From Octopus vulgaris (taxonomy: Eukaryota): a stretch of 64,000 nucleotides of DNA. Below, one piece after another: positions 1-13,330 of this stretch (position 1 is the stretch's first letter; every line of letters starts with the position of its first letter). Location of the stretch: contig OX597823.1 in NCBI GenBank assembly GCA_951406725.2, positions 26,350,001 through 26,414,000 on the forward strand. Reading direction: 5' to 3'. The notes beneath the pieces are model-generated. The model did no database searches. It saw only the letters and a list, made by a program, of their open reading frames with translations, and was not told the DNA's origin. Made by a program: the position numbers and the translations under genes.

Positions 1-256
1 GTTTCCCAACTTTATGAGTACGTTTGTGTCGAGTTAAATAATTCATTTGAGAGTATGATTTGCTGCATATGTCACAACGGTATGTTCTTTCTCCTGCATG
101 ACTACATTTGTGAGTGGTGGGGTTACCTTTTTGAGGGAACGGCATTTTGCATATATCACAGTGGTAAGATGTTATTCCTATCTCTTTCAGCTTATCAGGA
201 ATATTTTTAGACTCTGTTTTAAGTTCAATTTGGTTCTCACACAATTCGTTTTCCAT
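1..256 (-). CDS. C2H2 zinc-finger protein, 5' part (continues off the left edge of the window)
   Basis: Open frame from ATG at 256 to the window edge: MENELCENQIELKTESKNIPDKLKEIGITSYHCDICKMPFPQKGNPTTHKCSHAGERTYRCDICSKSYSQMNYLTRHKRTHKVGK. It has two CxxC-x12-HxxxH fingers and a HAGERTY linker. It is absent from the ORF track because no stop lies in the window. A splice acceptor (tttctctatttcag, minus strand) ends at 602. Confidence 0.9.
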   Translation of the reverse strand, partial: MENELCENQIELKTESKNIPDKLKEIGITSYHCDICKMPFPQKGNPTTHKCSHAGERTYRCDICSKSYSQMNYLTRHKRTHKVGK

Positions 257-719
257 AATTCTTCTGATCTAATCACAATATTTAGAAGTTTTGGTTTTTT
301 TTATATTTCATTTCCAACAAATCATTCTTCTGCTACAATTCCACCTGGAATGCAGCAAATTCTTTTGTTAGGCAAAATATAATAAGAATGCAAAATCATC
401 TTGTACATATTCCACACAGTGAAATAGAAATTTTGCTATTAATCTCGGTCCAAGAGAAATATTTCACAGTAATTCTACCATAGATTTATATAAATATGTT
501 TATATTTGTTTTGTATAACATTTTCATTTGGTCTTTAGCAAATGAGAATTGAGGATGCAGTTGAAGCAAAAAATTCTTTCATCCAAATGTCATTCGACAA
601 TCTGAAATAGAGAAACATTATAAAATACAGAAAATACTTAGAAAAGTGGAAATTTTACATTTCTAAACTGATAAGATACCTTTACCAAACAACTGATTTA
701 TAACTTACTACAAAAATTA

Positions 720-1050
720 CATCATACTTTTTTTTAGTTCCATTTTCTATGCTGGCATGGGTCGGACGGTTTGACTGGGGACTGGCAAGCCAGGAGGCCA
801 CACCAGGCCCCAATCTGATCTGGCAATGTTTCTACAACTGGATGCCCTTCCTAATGCCAACCACTCCAAGAGTGTAGTGGGTGCTTCTTACGTGCCACTG
901 ACATGGAGCCAGTCAGATGGCACTAGCATCGGCCATGTTTAGATGGTGCTTTTTACATGCTGCCGGCACAGGAGCCCATCGGGGTGGGGGTGGGGGGCTG
1001 GAATCGACCGCCAGTCAGAGTGGGGAATGGGGGGGGGACTGGCATTGACC
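720..1050 (-). mobile_element. 3' end / tail of RTE-related retroelement (abundant repeat)
   Basis: Shares the catgctggcatggg...ggatgcccttcctaa...ccaaccactcc block and (CAT)n tail with copies at about 14885-15160, 19700-20230, 21405-21560, 47150-47440, 50250-50630 and 53550-53990. Confidence 0.7.
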
Positions 1051-1556
1051 AACCAATTTTGTGTAATGTCAGCATATTTGTTGAATACAAGATATACTTT
1101 CAGATCATGTTAATATCATTAAATGTTAAACTCTAAAATATTGGATAATAACATTCTTTTCTGTTGTTTAACTCCACGTCAGCTCTGACAGAATATGGAA
1201 TATCTAGATGTTAGGATGTAATCTAAAGTAGATTTAGTTGCTATACCTTACAATTCCAGTGACCATGTAGAAACTCCATCATTGGCTCATGCTTGTTTAG
1301 ACCTAGGCTAGTCTTGGCTGAATAAACTTATGACCAAATGTCGGTTGTTTTCAAGGATGCTACAAATTTCTAAGAGATTAATCTAAAAGAACATTATATT
1401 GACGAATGAAGAAAAAATGATTGAATGAATGAAGTAAAACGTTAAAAAAAGTATCCTCTGTCAGCATATGTAAAGTAGCATATGTCAGGTGCATACAATT
1501 GACAACACAGTTAATTAAGATTTATTCAGTGAGTTCTATTCAACACATGTTTACAC

Positions 1557-1848
1557 GTGGAATTAGCAGAATCATTATTAACTTTAGATGGCATTTTCAA
1601 AGTTTTGGCCGATAAAGTTGAACTGAAAAACCCTACAACGAGGCATGAATCGCACGAAGCCGTCTTGCAGTCTTGGGAAGAGCTATCTGAGCGGAAAATT
1701 CGTGGATGTATTCAACATCAAACTCGTGTTCAGCGTCAAATAGTTGACTGTCATGGTGGTAACAGATTCGTGTAATAAATTTTGTGTTTATTTTTGTTTC
1801 ATAATATATATTTTTTCGGATGCAGCCAGACTTTTCACACAGAGGTAC
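1557..1848 (+). mobile_element. Tc1-like transposon 3' fragment
   Basis: LADKVELKNPTTRHESHEAVLQSWEELSERKIRGCIQHQTRVQRQIVDCHGG resembles Tc1 transposase C-termini. It is followed by a TIR-like end (gccagacttttcacacagagg-ta). Confidence 0.55.
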
Positions 1849-2256
1849 ATTATATAAATCTCCTTCAGTGAATGACAACTGAATTCTTAAAAAGTGACTT
1901 GATTTCTATCCTTCATTACCTCAGAATTGTCATAGCTCCTTTACAATAATTTTATTGTAGGTGTATTTTATGAATATACAGCAGCTGTATAATTAATCAA
2001 CTTTGATTAAGTGATTAGACATACAACAACATATGAAAGTGGAGGAGCCAATAAAATATGTTCTGTAATAGCAAAAAATTACTGCAATATGTATCCAAAT
2101 GTGTATATGTAAGTGTATACACACACAGATAGATAGACAGAGCTGCTGTAACAGGTAAAAGACATACTTAGAAAGTTTGGAAAAAAGGTAGTAAGAGAGA
2201 GTATTATGAAGTCGTTAGAAGGGAAACTAAATATCAGGTATAATTAGCTGATATAT

Positions 2257-2488
2257 AAGGCAGCGAGCTGGCAGAAACGTTAGCACACCGGGCGAAATGC
2301 GTAGCTGTATTTCGTCTGCCGTTATGTTCTGAGTTCAAATTCCGCTGAGGTCGACTTTGCCTTTCATCCTTTCGGGGTCGATTAAATAAGTACCAGTTAC
2401 ACACTGGAGTCGATGTAATCGACTTAATTCCTTTGTCTGTCCTTGTTTGTCCTCTCTGTGTTTAGCTCCTTGTGGGTAGTAAAGAAAT
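2257..2488 (+). mobile_element. tRNA-derived SINE, family A (octopus-type)
   Basis: A/B-box-like head (tggcagaaacgttagc...gagttcaaattcc) followed by gtcgactttgcctttcatcctttcggggtcga. Near-identical copies at 21577-21808 (+) and 48533-48752 (-). Confidence 0.85.
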
Positions 2489-2759
2489 AGGTATAATTAG
2501 CTGATAGTCACACCCAGTGACAAGCATAGCAGTGTCACTGTAAACTGCTATGATTTTCTTTAGAGAGGAATGACATTGAAGGGTAGGTGTAAGGGGCCAG
2601 TTCTAACCAGTTTGAACGTAAAACAGGTAGAACATTTGCACTGGATAAGGCCAGTTCAAATTAGTTTTGATAATGAGGATTCAGTTGTTCACTCAAGTGG
2701 ACTACCTGCTCATTGAATTAGCATAGATGTGGTTGAGTATTCCAAAAGCTTAAACTTGA

Positions 2760-3133
2760 TTCTCTACCAACCACATGGTTCCGAGTTCAGTCCCACTGCA
2801 GGGCACCTTGGGCAAGTGTCTTCTACTATGGCCTTGGGTCGACCAAAGCCTTGAGTGGATTTAGTAGATGGAAACTGCAAAAAGCCCGTCGTATATATGT
2901 ATATATATATGTATGTGTTTATGTTTGTGTGTCTGTGTTAGTCCCCCCAACATCGCTTGACAACCGATGCTGGTGTGTTTACGTCGCCGTAACTTAGCGG
3001 TTCGGCAAAAGAGACCGATAGAATAAGTACTAGGCTTACAAAGAATAAGTCCTGGGGTCGATTTGCTCAACTAAAGGCGGTGCTCCAGCATGGCCACAGC
3101 CAAATGACTGAAACAAGTAAAAGAGTAAAGAGT
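2760..3133 (+). mobile_element. tRNA-derived SINE, family B (CORE-like ccttgggcaagt domain)
   Basis: Closely matches the copy at 43215-43603, including the internal (TA/TG)n tract and the aagtaaaagag tail. Confidence 0.8.
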
Positions 3134-4202
3134 ACCGTCAACATGACAGCATATGACAAGGCTGTACTGGTCCATCCAACAGGCTTCCGCACAGTTTCTG
3201 TCTAACAAAGTTCGCTCACAAAGGTAAAAGACACCCTGTACAGAGGAGGGTGTGTGATCAAGAAGTTTGCTTTTCAACCACTTGGTTTCTGGTTCGATCC
3301 TATTACACTGCACCGTGGGCATTTTCTATTATAGCCTGAGACTGTCAAAAGCCTTGTGAATGGTTTTCGTAAATGGAAACTGAAGGAAGCCCGTCATATA
3401 CATACACATATGTCTCTTTGTCTTAACATCGCATGATAGTTGTTAACAAACGACTTCATTATACAAGTAATGCTGCAACAGGAGGGACATCCAGCTATTC
3501 TTCAATGAATGCCGTCCGGCAAATATGAACACAGAAAAGTAGACGTTAAAACATTGAAGTAAGGAAGATCATATGCAGTGAGATCCAATCCGCAGTCAAG
3601 TGTGAAAAGAATTTGCTTAATCATTCGGCCATGCTGCGTCATAAAATGATTTCAAATTTTAGCATAAGTATAGCAATTTTGAGTGAAGCTTAATCGAAGC
3701 TATCGATCCCAATAATCGACAGATATTTTATTTTATCGACCCTGGAGGGAAGAATGGAAAGGTTGACAGCAACAGAATGTGAACTGAGAACGTAATGAAT
3801 TCGGAATATCGCTATACATAAAATACTTAAGAGAGAAAATATCAAACTGTTTTTCTTCCTTTTACACACCCACAAGGATATATTTGTTTTCACATATTCA
3901 AAATGAAATGAAATTTAATTTAATTTTGAAAGGCGGGGTAATACTTGTAATTTACATACAGCAATATTTATACTCCAGTCTACATTGTCAATAGAGTTAA
4001 TGAAAAAATAACACCGAATGGAAATGTGATGAGGGGCAGCGACTACAAAACGACTCCATATCTTGTTGGTTAAATCTGTTTGACTTATTTCGTACAGCGA
4101 CTTTGAGAATATATTATTGTCTGACGAGCAACAACAAAATATTTTTACCTACAGATGCTGACAGACTTTTATTTATTTAAAAATATATGTTATAAAACTT
4201 AC

Positions 4203-4305
4203 GTGTTCTAGCATACAAGTGTTTAACAGTGTAACATGCTTCTATAGTCATCAAAATACAAACATTCGATTCTCAACACAAGATGGTTATAGCGGAAACG
4301 GAAAT
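4203..4305 (-). promoter_or_regulatory. Candidate promoter / non-coding first exon of the C2H2-ZNF gene
   Basis: Perfect minus-strand donor GTAAGT at 4202-4197. YY1-like core AAGATGG at 4280-4286 and two CGGAA (ETS-like) cores at about 4293-4303. Could splice to the acceptor at 602. Inferred, with no transcript evidence. Confidence 0.35.
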
Positions 4306-4456
4306 AATGTAACTTCTCTAACAAATAAAACCACAAAACATGTCACGGGAGGGGGACAAACAAAACAGTAAAATAAATATTGAAAAAAAAAAAAAATATA
4401 TATATATACTACAATAATGTATTTTGATTTAGATCACCATGGTTACCATCTGGTTA

Positions 4457-4902
4457 GGATCTTTTCTGGGTAAAATTACAGATTAACACCCGCACGATTT
4501 TCACTGAGTTTTTTTTTTTTTTTTTCTTAGTGAAAATCGTGCGGGTGTTAATCTGTAATTTTACCACACTTTTAAACTTCGTATACTGGTAGAATGAGTT
4601 TATAAAACATCTTTTTCTCTTGGCTTTATTGAGAAAATTCTACAGTTTGTAAGATATTTGCTTTTTTCTTCAATTTCAACCAATCAATGACGTCTATTGA
4701 GGTGAAAACATAGTGCCGTATGAATATGTCCCTCGTTTTAGAAACAGATTGGGTTTATTTACATTTAAGAAAAAAAGATACCTCCCCCACCCTAACCCTA
4801 AAACAGATTGAAATGCAATAGATCGATACTAGGGTCATAATTATGGGTGACAATTTCATATGACACTGCTAGAAAAAACTGCCGTTCAAACCGAAAAGAT
4901 CC
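4457..4902. mobile_element. Merlin-like MITE with a nested mini-element
   Basis: Termini GGATCTTTTC...GAAAAGATCC with 8-bp TSD TCTGGTTA (4449-4456, 4903-4910). Internal ccctaaccctaa motif. A nested ~40-bp inverted repeat element lies at 4469-4565. Confidence 0.8.
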
Positions 4903-4972
4903 TCTGGTTATAATAACCTAGTTTACAAAAGTATCATTACAGGTTATTTTAGGCTTGTTATATTTCTATCAG

Positions 4973-5110
4973 TGGAGGGTTATGACCTCGTGGTTAGAGT
5001 AGCGGACTCGTGGTCGAGGGATCACGGGTTCGAATTTCAGACAGGGTGATGTGTGTGTTTATGAGCGAAACACCTAAGCTCCACGCGGCTCCGGCAGAAG
5101 GTAATGAACA
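4973..5110 (+). mobile_element. tRNA-derived SINE head (third family)
   Basis: gtggttagagtagcggactc...gggttcgaat A/B boxes followed by a non-tRNA body. Confidence 0.6.
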
Positions 5111-5911
5111 GGTGCCGATGACGGTGGTCATCATGGCAGTAGACATTAATGTTGATGATGGTGGTGGTGGAGGTGATTGTGTTATCCCAGGTAGTCCTCT
5201 TGCATACAGATACTCAGACAAATGATGAGGCTGGACCCACTTGGTCCTCTTCGTAGTTATACCACAATTTTTCTGGCCAAAGACCTCATTTAACCCTCAG
5301 ACTCACAGTGATGAATTATATGTGGTGTAGCATGATAGTTCGAGAGCAATGTACTCCACCCTCCAGTCCTCCATTCCCTGGCGGCCATAACAGAGGCAGA
5401 TAAGGTAATCAAGATCAGGGTGCAACTGTTGTTACTCCTCAGCACTTAATGGTGGTGGCGTGGAACCCAACATGGGGTTGGAGACTAGTGAGGTTATTGA
5501 TGTTGCTAATATTTCTGTTTGTATTAATTTTCTCCACATTGTAATACGTCTGTCTGGAGAATTGGTACCTACTGTCTGCGCATTACAACACACTTTCATC
5601 ACCTTTTCTTTCCAGATGTTAATATCAAGGTCATTATTCTGCATATATTGGAATATATAATGTTCAGCTGACCTTTCATTTCATTTACATTGGATGGAAA
5701 TTACATTATCACATTTTACAAAACATATTCCACTCAGTTTCCTCTTCTAATTATCCTCCTCCTCAACATTATCATCTTTTGGCATTCACCTTCCATGCTG
5801 GTATAGGTTGGTTGGTTTAACAGGATCATATGGGTCCAAGGTCTGTATCATGCACCAATGTCTGCTTTAGTATGGTTTTGTAGTGTACACTTAGAGAAAT
5901 TCCTCTCTCTC

Positions 5912-6833
5912 TGTCATATATATATAAATACAGACGTAGTAGATAACAGCTAGCCTTTGACTGCCCTTTTGGACCATGTTGTGTCCACTACTCTGATTGG
6001 TTGGTATTGGCGCAATTTGTCTCTTGCTCTATTGCACGCCAATATGCAACCCAACCAATCGCAGCCTTCTGATAAGGTCATGTGAGACAGTCTCTTCTAA
6101 AATTCCAGTGAGCCGATAGCATGCTATAAAACTGTAGCTTCACTCCGTCTCAATGTCTTTTGGTTCCAGATTTTTTTAGGTCTAGCCACTGACCACATAG
6201 GACACAGCCAGTTTCAGTGACAACACAACAGCAGCCACATGGAGACTCAACTTTGTCAAGCAGCATTCAGGACCTCCATCTCTGCCGCCTCCGTCTTCTT
6301 AACGTCATCAACATCATCTCTCTACATACACAGCAACCAGCAACCCTCATACAGGTTCTATCTCAACACTGTTTGTGAATTACTTCACCATGGTTAGCAG
6401 CAAATACAACCTGCGAGAACTTTCTGTATCAAGTGACCGGAAGCAGCATAGTAGCCACAACTTCTTATACGACTTGTGCCTCAACCAGCTCTGCATTACT
6501 GCCACAACATCTTGTTACAGCACTTCAACTATCGTGTACCTTCACTACGAACTAGCATTTATCTTCCTTGTGTCTGAACATTCTTCTGTCATATTATAGA
6601 CTCTTTCAATACTCTGTACTTAATGCACGCACATACACTTTGTATACATGACGGCCTGTCTGTTATTGTGTATATATGACAAATACACACACATGTTAAC
6701 ATATAAATAAAATCTTCTCTTAAACATTCTACCCGGTTGTGTCTCTCTTTTTCCTTCTGGCACTTATACTCATATATTTTTTTCGCATTTATTGTATTGA
6801 CCATGTGGCGTACTAAAGGAGCCATTCTTATCA
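5912..6833 (+). mobile_element. Candidate solo LTR
   Basis: Begins TGTCA and ends TATCA. Contains CCAAT boxes, TATAAAA (~6125) and AATAAA (~6706). Flanks tctctc/cctctc form only an imperfect TSD. Confidence 0.35.
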
Positions 6834-8769
6834 CCTCTCCTCGCATGGTTGTTTACAGTTTCTAAGACTGGATGCCCTTCCTAACACTAAGCATTTTACG
6901 GAATGTACTGGATGCTTTCCTTTATTTTGTGACCCCAGTACTACATGCATCTCACAAGAATTAGACCCCTTCCAACTAAGGACTACAGTAGAGGGATGTA
7001 GCTTTATGCTAGGAGATGACAAGTTAAAGAGTGAGAGAAGATGCCAAAACAGAAAAGGCTTCTTACTGTAAAGGAAGGAGTTACATGACTGCTGACATCA
7101 TAGAAGAGTGGATGAGAGGTAATTACGGTAGAGTTGGGAAGGGAGATAAAAATTGTGGTGAAGAGTTGTCGGGGTGAGCCCACAAGATGAAGTAAGTGAA
7201 CAGAAGTGAGTAGGGACAGAGGAACTGGAAGTGTGAGTGTATAAAGGTTGCAAGGGTGTATAGGGAGAGTGAGGAATGGTTGGAAATGGATTGGGGTGAG
7301 GGTTTATAATGACTTATAGACAAAGGTCTAGGAGAGAGGAAAGGTAGGGAAATGACTAGAGATTTGCCAATTTTTTATCATTCATGAATCAAGTTTCTCT
7401 GCCATTCAGTATTGTACTGTTTGGCCTTTACATAACTGTCCTCAAATGTGTCCCACTCCTTTATCCTTCTGACTTTGATATTTTTAACACAATTTGGCAG
7501 CAAATTAGCAGAACCATTAGAGCTTAGGATAAAATCATTTGCAAGATTTGTTCTGGCTCTTTGCACCCTGATTTCATATCCTGTTGCAGGTAACTTTGCT
7601 TTTCATCATTTGGAGATCAATCATATTAGCTACCAATCTAGAGCAGTGAATCATTAGCAGAATATAGCATGAGACAACACAGCTTGTAGTATTTGCTGTG
7701 GCTCTTTGTCTTCTGAATTCTTGGATGGTAGACTTAATCCATTGCCCTTGTTACTTGGTTGCCTTTAGTGAGGTTCACTTTATTACAAGTAGTCAGAGCA
7801 GGACTCTCAGTTTGAGGATAACTTTCTCTCTTCTAGGCATTGGTTGTAGAGACCCAGGATAAAAAAAAAAATTGGGGCTTGGACACTGTCTTTTTCCATT
7901 AACAAAGTAGTTAAAAAATAAACACTTTTATCAATAATTAGATTACCTTTGTAGGAGAAACTAATGATAACTTCTAGTGAGTACCTGACATAATCTTCAT
8001 TCTCTTCAAAGATATTGTCATTCAGTTTGTTTTATTCCCCCACCCCCACCAAGAATTGGGGTATTTGATGCTGTTTGTCTTTCAGCAGTGTTGCAACATT
8101 CTATTTGTTCATTCATTACAATTAGTATACACCATTGATTTACTGTCAACTTCCTTCTTGCATTCCATGAAAATACACTCAGACAAATTTTGGGAAATAC
8201 TTTCTGCAATTAATTGCTATTTTAGTTTGTCATATTGATCTTTACAGCTTCTGGTTCTAGAACTGCTTCCAATTCAAACTTTCCATGTAACATACACAAC
8301 ATTTAGCATATATTTCATGTTTGTTTGATGGCTATGTTATTTTTGTTATTTTCCAATACAATTAATGCTATGCAAATACGCATAGCAATTTGCCTGAAGC
8401 ATGGTTTACCTCCAGAGTGTGAGACTATGGTAATTGTTGGTATGTGTATGGTCCCTAGTGGGGTACTGAATCTGTGGTTTATTGTAATGTTTGTTAAGAT
8501 GCATCTTTTTCCTAGGGAGGTTACTAAACTTGTGGTTTAATGTAGTGTGTGATAAGGTACAGCTATAGTCTAATGAGTGTGTAACTTGCTTAACTATTTG
8601 GTTAGTTCAGTATTTGGCTCAATAAACTAAGCCCTCTCATATATAGCCTTTGATCTCATGATGTCGGCCTTTGTACCTGCTTGAAAAAACCCCAACAACT
8701 TAAGGTCTACTGGAAATGATCTTTTTTTATGAACATTTCTGGAATTTAATGTTTATGAAGAAAAAAGTA

Positions 8770-8978
8770 GTGACCTGGCACAACTGTTAGCATGCTGGTC
8801 AAAGTGTTTAATGACATTTCATCTATCTTTACACTCTGAGTTCAAATTCAATCAAGGTTGACTTTGCCTTTCATCCTTTTGGGGTCAATAAAATAAGCAT
8901 CAATTGAACACTGGGATCAATATAATCAACTATTCCCTCCCACAAAATTGTTGGCCTTGTGCCAAAATTTGAAACCAA
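8770..8978 (+). mobile_element. Diverged SINE family A copy
   Basis: ctgagttcaaattc...gactttgcctttcatccttttggggtc core. Confidence 0.7.
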
Positions 8979-10030
8979 TATATATGGAAAAGACGTAGAT
9001 AAGAGCAAAACAGCAACAACAAAAATTCTACTTGGTTTTACTTTTTATACGTAATTTTACATGTGGCAAGATTAGACCAATCTAAATGGTATTTTTCAAA
9101 TGATATTTTAGCAGAAGTGTAATAGGATTTATTATCAACTTCCTTTTTTGATTTATCTAAGCAGTTTTCGCTTTTTATGGTGGGTACTTCAATTTTCTTG
9201 TAATGTTTCCCTGGAAAACAAAACATAAAAACAAAAAGCAAGTAAGAAAGAAGAGAAAAAAAGAACAAAACAAAGCGAATTCAATGTGAACGAAATACAA
9301 AGCATTGTAATTTATTATTACCTATGCCTTAGTGAAGGTGGAGGTATTGTTTTCAGTTGTGTTTGTTTGTCTGTGGACAAGGTATCTCAAGAACCGCAGG
9401 ATGAATTTGGATGACACTTTCAGGGATGTTTGGCCTTGTAACTGGCATGAACTGATTAGATTTTGGGATTGATCTGGTACCAGACAAAGATTCTGGATTA
9501 CTTTTCCTGTTTTTTTTTTTACTTAATGTCAGGTTCATTTTTAGTATTCTCATTTGTGAGGGCAGTCGGGTTTATTTCAGATATTCTCATTTTAAAAATC
9601 ATCTTTGGCTAATCGTTAAGAGTACGTTGGTGTTGCCTTGGCAGAGGTTTGTGCTCTCTGAGTGCTCTTATTTAAAATTTCATTAGATTTCATTCATCCC
9701 TCCCTCTCCAAATGCCAATAATAGTAGCTAAAAGGCTATTTATTCAAACATAGACTTGAATATGTACAAGCATAGGCACAGGACACATATGCATAAACAT
9801 GAACTCATTTACATAGTCTTACAAGGTTCATGTATTTATTACTTGTTCCAGTCATTAGACTGTGGCCATGCTGGGACACTGTCTTGAAGAATTTTTAGTT
9901 GAATGGGTCAATCCCAGGACGTATTTTCTTTCTTTTTTTTTGGAAGCCTAGTACTTCATTTCTCAGTCTCTTTTGCCAAATAGCTTTGTTATGGGGATGT
10001 AAGCACACCGGTTGTTGAGCAGCAATGGGC

Positions 10031-10032
<2 letters not shown>

Positions 10033-10088
<56 letters not shown>

Positions 10089-10095
10089 ACACACA
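10033..10095. repeat. (CA)n microsatellite
   Basis: Seen directly in the sequence. Confidence 0.95.
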
Positions 10096-12934
10096 AATAC
10101 ACTCAGAGATTCTCATGGAGGTAATGACAAGTGATTGAGACCTTTGGTGTTTTTCTGTGCTTGAGAAGACACGTCAACCCAAATGGACTTGTAGTACTGA
10201 CCAGCACTAGTAACACATAAAGGACACCCATGCTACTGACAAGCAAAAAGCACCTACTACACTCTAGGAGTGGTTGGTGTTAGGAAGAGTATCCAGCCAT
10301 TGAAACCAAGCCAAATCAGAAACCAATGCCAGCATGGAAAACAGATGCTAAATGATGATGATGATGATGATGATATGTGTGTGTGTGTGATGGGCTTCTT
10401 TCAGTTTCCATCAATCAAATCCGCTCCAAAGGATTTGGTTGGCCCAAGTCTATGGTAAAAGACACTTGCCCAAGGTACCACACAGTAGGACTAAGCCTGG
10501 AACCACGTGGTTGGGAAGCAAACTTCTGATCATGTATATTTATTTATTCATAACCCATACTGTTATGGGTTATGAAAAAATAAATATAATAACTGACAGG
10601 CTGTACAGTTCACTTAAATGGGTCGTGAAAATGACACCTTATGTTTCATATATGCATGGAACAACTGCACAAAAAAAATAAAAGAAAAAAGAAAAAAAAC
10701 ACAAGTTGATACTAGCTTAGGTTATGAATAAATGAAGAACACAGTCTTGTTATATGGGTCTGAACACACAATTCTCACATTAAAACTGATGATCTACCAA
10801 TTGAACTGTGTTCTATTTTTAGTTTACTCCTTAAATGCAACAAAAATTAGCAAGATTTTTGCTGCTCACCTTCAATTTTTTGACTATTCATTACGCAGTC
10901 AGTAGCAATTTGCTTATAAGCATGGGGTAGGTATAAAAGCATCTGTTTGGCAGCAGAGTTTACAGCATTCTCCAAAACAGGGTTTGAAAGGAGGTTCTGC
11001 AAAAACAAACAGCAAAGCATTGAACGAAAATTTTAAGTTAGATTCTCAGAAAAATTTGCTTGCCATTCAACCTGCAAACTCGTAAACCATAACTGGGTCT
11101 TCTGGCTATTTACCAAAATAGTCTCTCCCATTCTTTTCCCAATCACATTAGTCACCACTCTTCAATCAAGAAATTCAATAAACCACACTTCCACTGATAA
11201 ACTCTTTGCATTTGTAATCTGTACTCAACAAAATTATTCCCAAACTCTTTTCCATCACTCTACATATCTTCCAACTACTACCTACAAATGAGCCAATGAG
11301 GGACCTCAATGTAGTCACTTGATCTGTTAGAAATAGCAGATAAATCTCTTTCAAATCACACCTTACCTTTGTACAGGAAAGATACATTAGATAATGCAGG
11401 CCTAGATATACAATATACAAAATAAAAAAATGGGATGGCTATGATTAGGTTATGGGTCTGTTTAAATACGGCTGACCCAGGGCTAAACAAGGACAACACA
11501 GTTACTAAGTGAAAGCTCCTATGAATGCTCCAGCTCATCAAAACACCTGATCTTGTACTCCAGGGCTTGCTCCTATCCTCAGCAAACTCTTTGGTCTTTC
11601 TCTCACTGCTCATTGATCTATCCCAATATTTTGAAACATAGTGTAGTGTATCATCTGCACAAGAAGGGCACCTCTCTATGTATGACAAGAACTGACCAAT
11701 CCTGTTATGTCCAGTATCTCAAAGTTGATGGATATATTAGTAAACAGTTACCTCCGTCATCCCCTACAGTCTTTCACTCTCAGCAAATGTCAGTCTGGCT
11801 TCCATAATTAAATCAAAATTGCGTTGAGGCTTCAATGAAAGGACATAAGCTCTCTTTGTCATCTGAGATCATCAAGTCTTCAGTAAGTCTGGTATAAGAA
11901 CCCAGCTAAATTATCCATCTAGGTGGTTCATTCATTTTCCATATCTTGGCGTGAAAACCTTTGTCAAACTTCAACGTTGCAGTATGTACTTGCAAGGATT
12001 TCTCCTAACTATACTCTGGTAACTTGAGTGTGTCCTAAGGTTTGTTTATTTCTCCTACTCTACTTCATTTTGGAACATTAATACCCTACTTGATATTTTT
12101 TCCAGTAACATATACTCCCAGTACAATTGATACTGATTTTCACTCAACACATCTGCACTCTGGTGTCATCCACATGCAACATATCATGTCAGATTTATTT
12201 CTTGTCAGACATTTTGTAAACAACACCACTGTTGGTTATAGATTCCTAATGGGTTGATCATCAGTTTATCGTATTTCAGATGACAAGAATGATAAGAGAG
12301 TGACTAAGTAAAATCATCATCATCATCACTACCACCACCACCATCATCATCAGGAGCTGGCCAGCTAGAGAGCTTCCCAACTTTTCCTTGTAAGGCATTG
12401 GTAAATCTGAGGCTATGGTAGAAGATACTTGTCCAAAATATTGTGTAGTAGAACCAAACCCCAAACGTTGTGTTTACAAAGTAAACTTCATAACCACACA
12501 ACAATGTCTGTATTCATACTTGTCACTTTAGTGTTGTTAGGTTGGTGTTTCACTACACTGAATTCTTATCCACTCACAGTTATTTTAAAACCCAATATTA
12601 TTCATGTAACGACATTCATTCATGAGATTCTAGCTCTACTCTGTGTGGTATAAACTGACCTCATACCAAATCCCCATCTGAAACCAGTCATAGAAGCCCC
12701 ATCACCACTACCAAATAAGTGGTACACTTCTCCTCTGACTTACTCCTCTGACTTACTTATTTAAATAAAAGGAAAATATGAAATGAGACACATTACTTGA
12801 ATATATAAAAGGATGTTTAAAACGTAGAGTCCCTTCTTTTCTATTGAGCCAAAATCCAACTGAACCTTTCCATTTGTAGGATCAACTGAAATGAAACATT
12901 GGAATCAAAGATTAACAACAACAACAATCCTTTC

Positions 12935-13330
12935 TGCTATAGGCACAAGGCCTGAAATTCTGGGGGTGGGGCATAATTGATTATATTGACCCCAGTGCTC
13001 AACTGGTACTTGTTTCGGTAACCCAGAAAGGATGAAAAGCAAAGCTGATCTCGATGGAGTTTGAACTCAGAATGTAAAGAACAATGAAATATCACTAAGC
13101 ATTTTGCCTGGCGTGCTAACAATTCTGCCAGCTCACTGTCTTAATAATTTTGGCACAAGGCCAGCAATTGTGGGAGAGAGGATAAGTCAATTTCATCGAC
13201 CCCCAGTGCTCAACTGGTACTTTTTTTATCAACCCCAAATGGATGAAAGGCTAAGTCCACCTAGGCAGATTTTGAACTCAAATATGACTGAGCATTTTGC
13301 CTTAATGATTCTGCTGGCTTGCTGCCTTAT
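12935..13330 (-). mobile_element. Two tandem diverged SINE family A copies
   Basis: Reverse complement of the SINE A core (gaccccagtg...ggatgaaa...tttgaactca...ctgccagc) occurs twice. Confidence 0.65.

Noticed and set aside
98-382. Plus-strand 94-aa ORF
   Set aside because: Antisense shadow of the real minus-strand C2H2-ZNF ORF.
4973-5050. tRNA-like sequences (also 34706-34770 and other SINE heads)
   Set aside because: A/B boxes are present, but there is no complete cloverleaf or acceptor stem and they run into SINE bodies.
5220-5700. Coding-like minus-strand segment
   Set aside because: Contains stops and no motif I can identify. Probably a decayed retroelement fragment.
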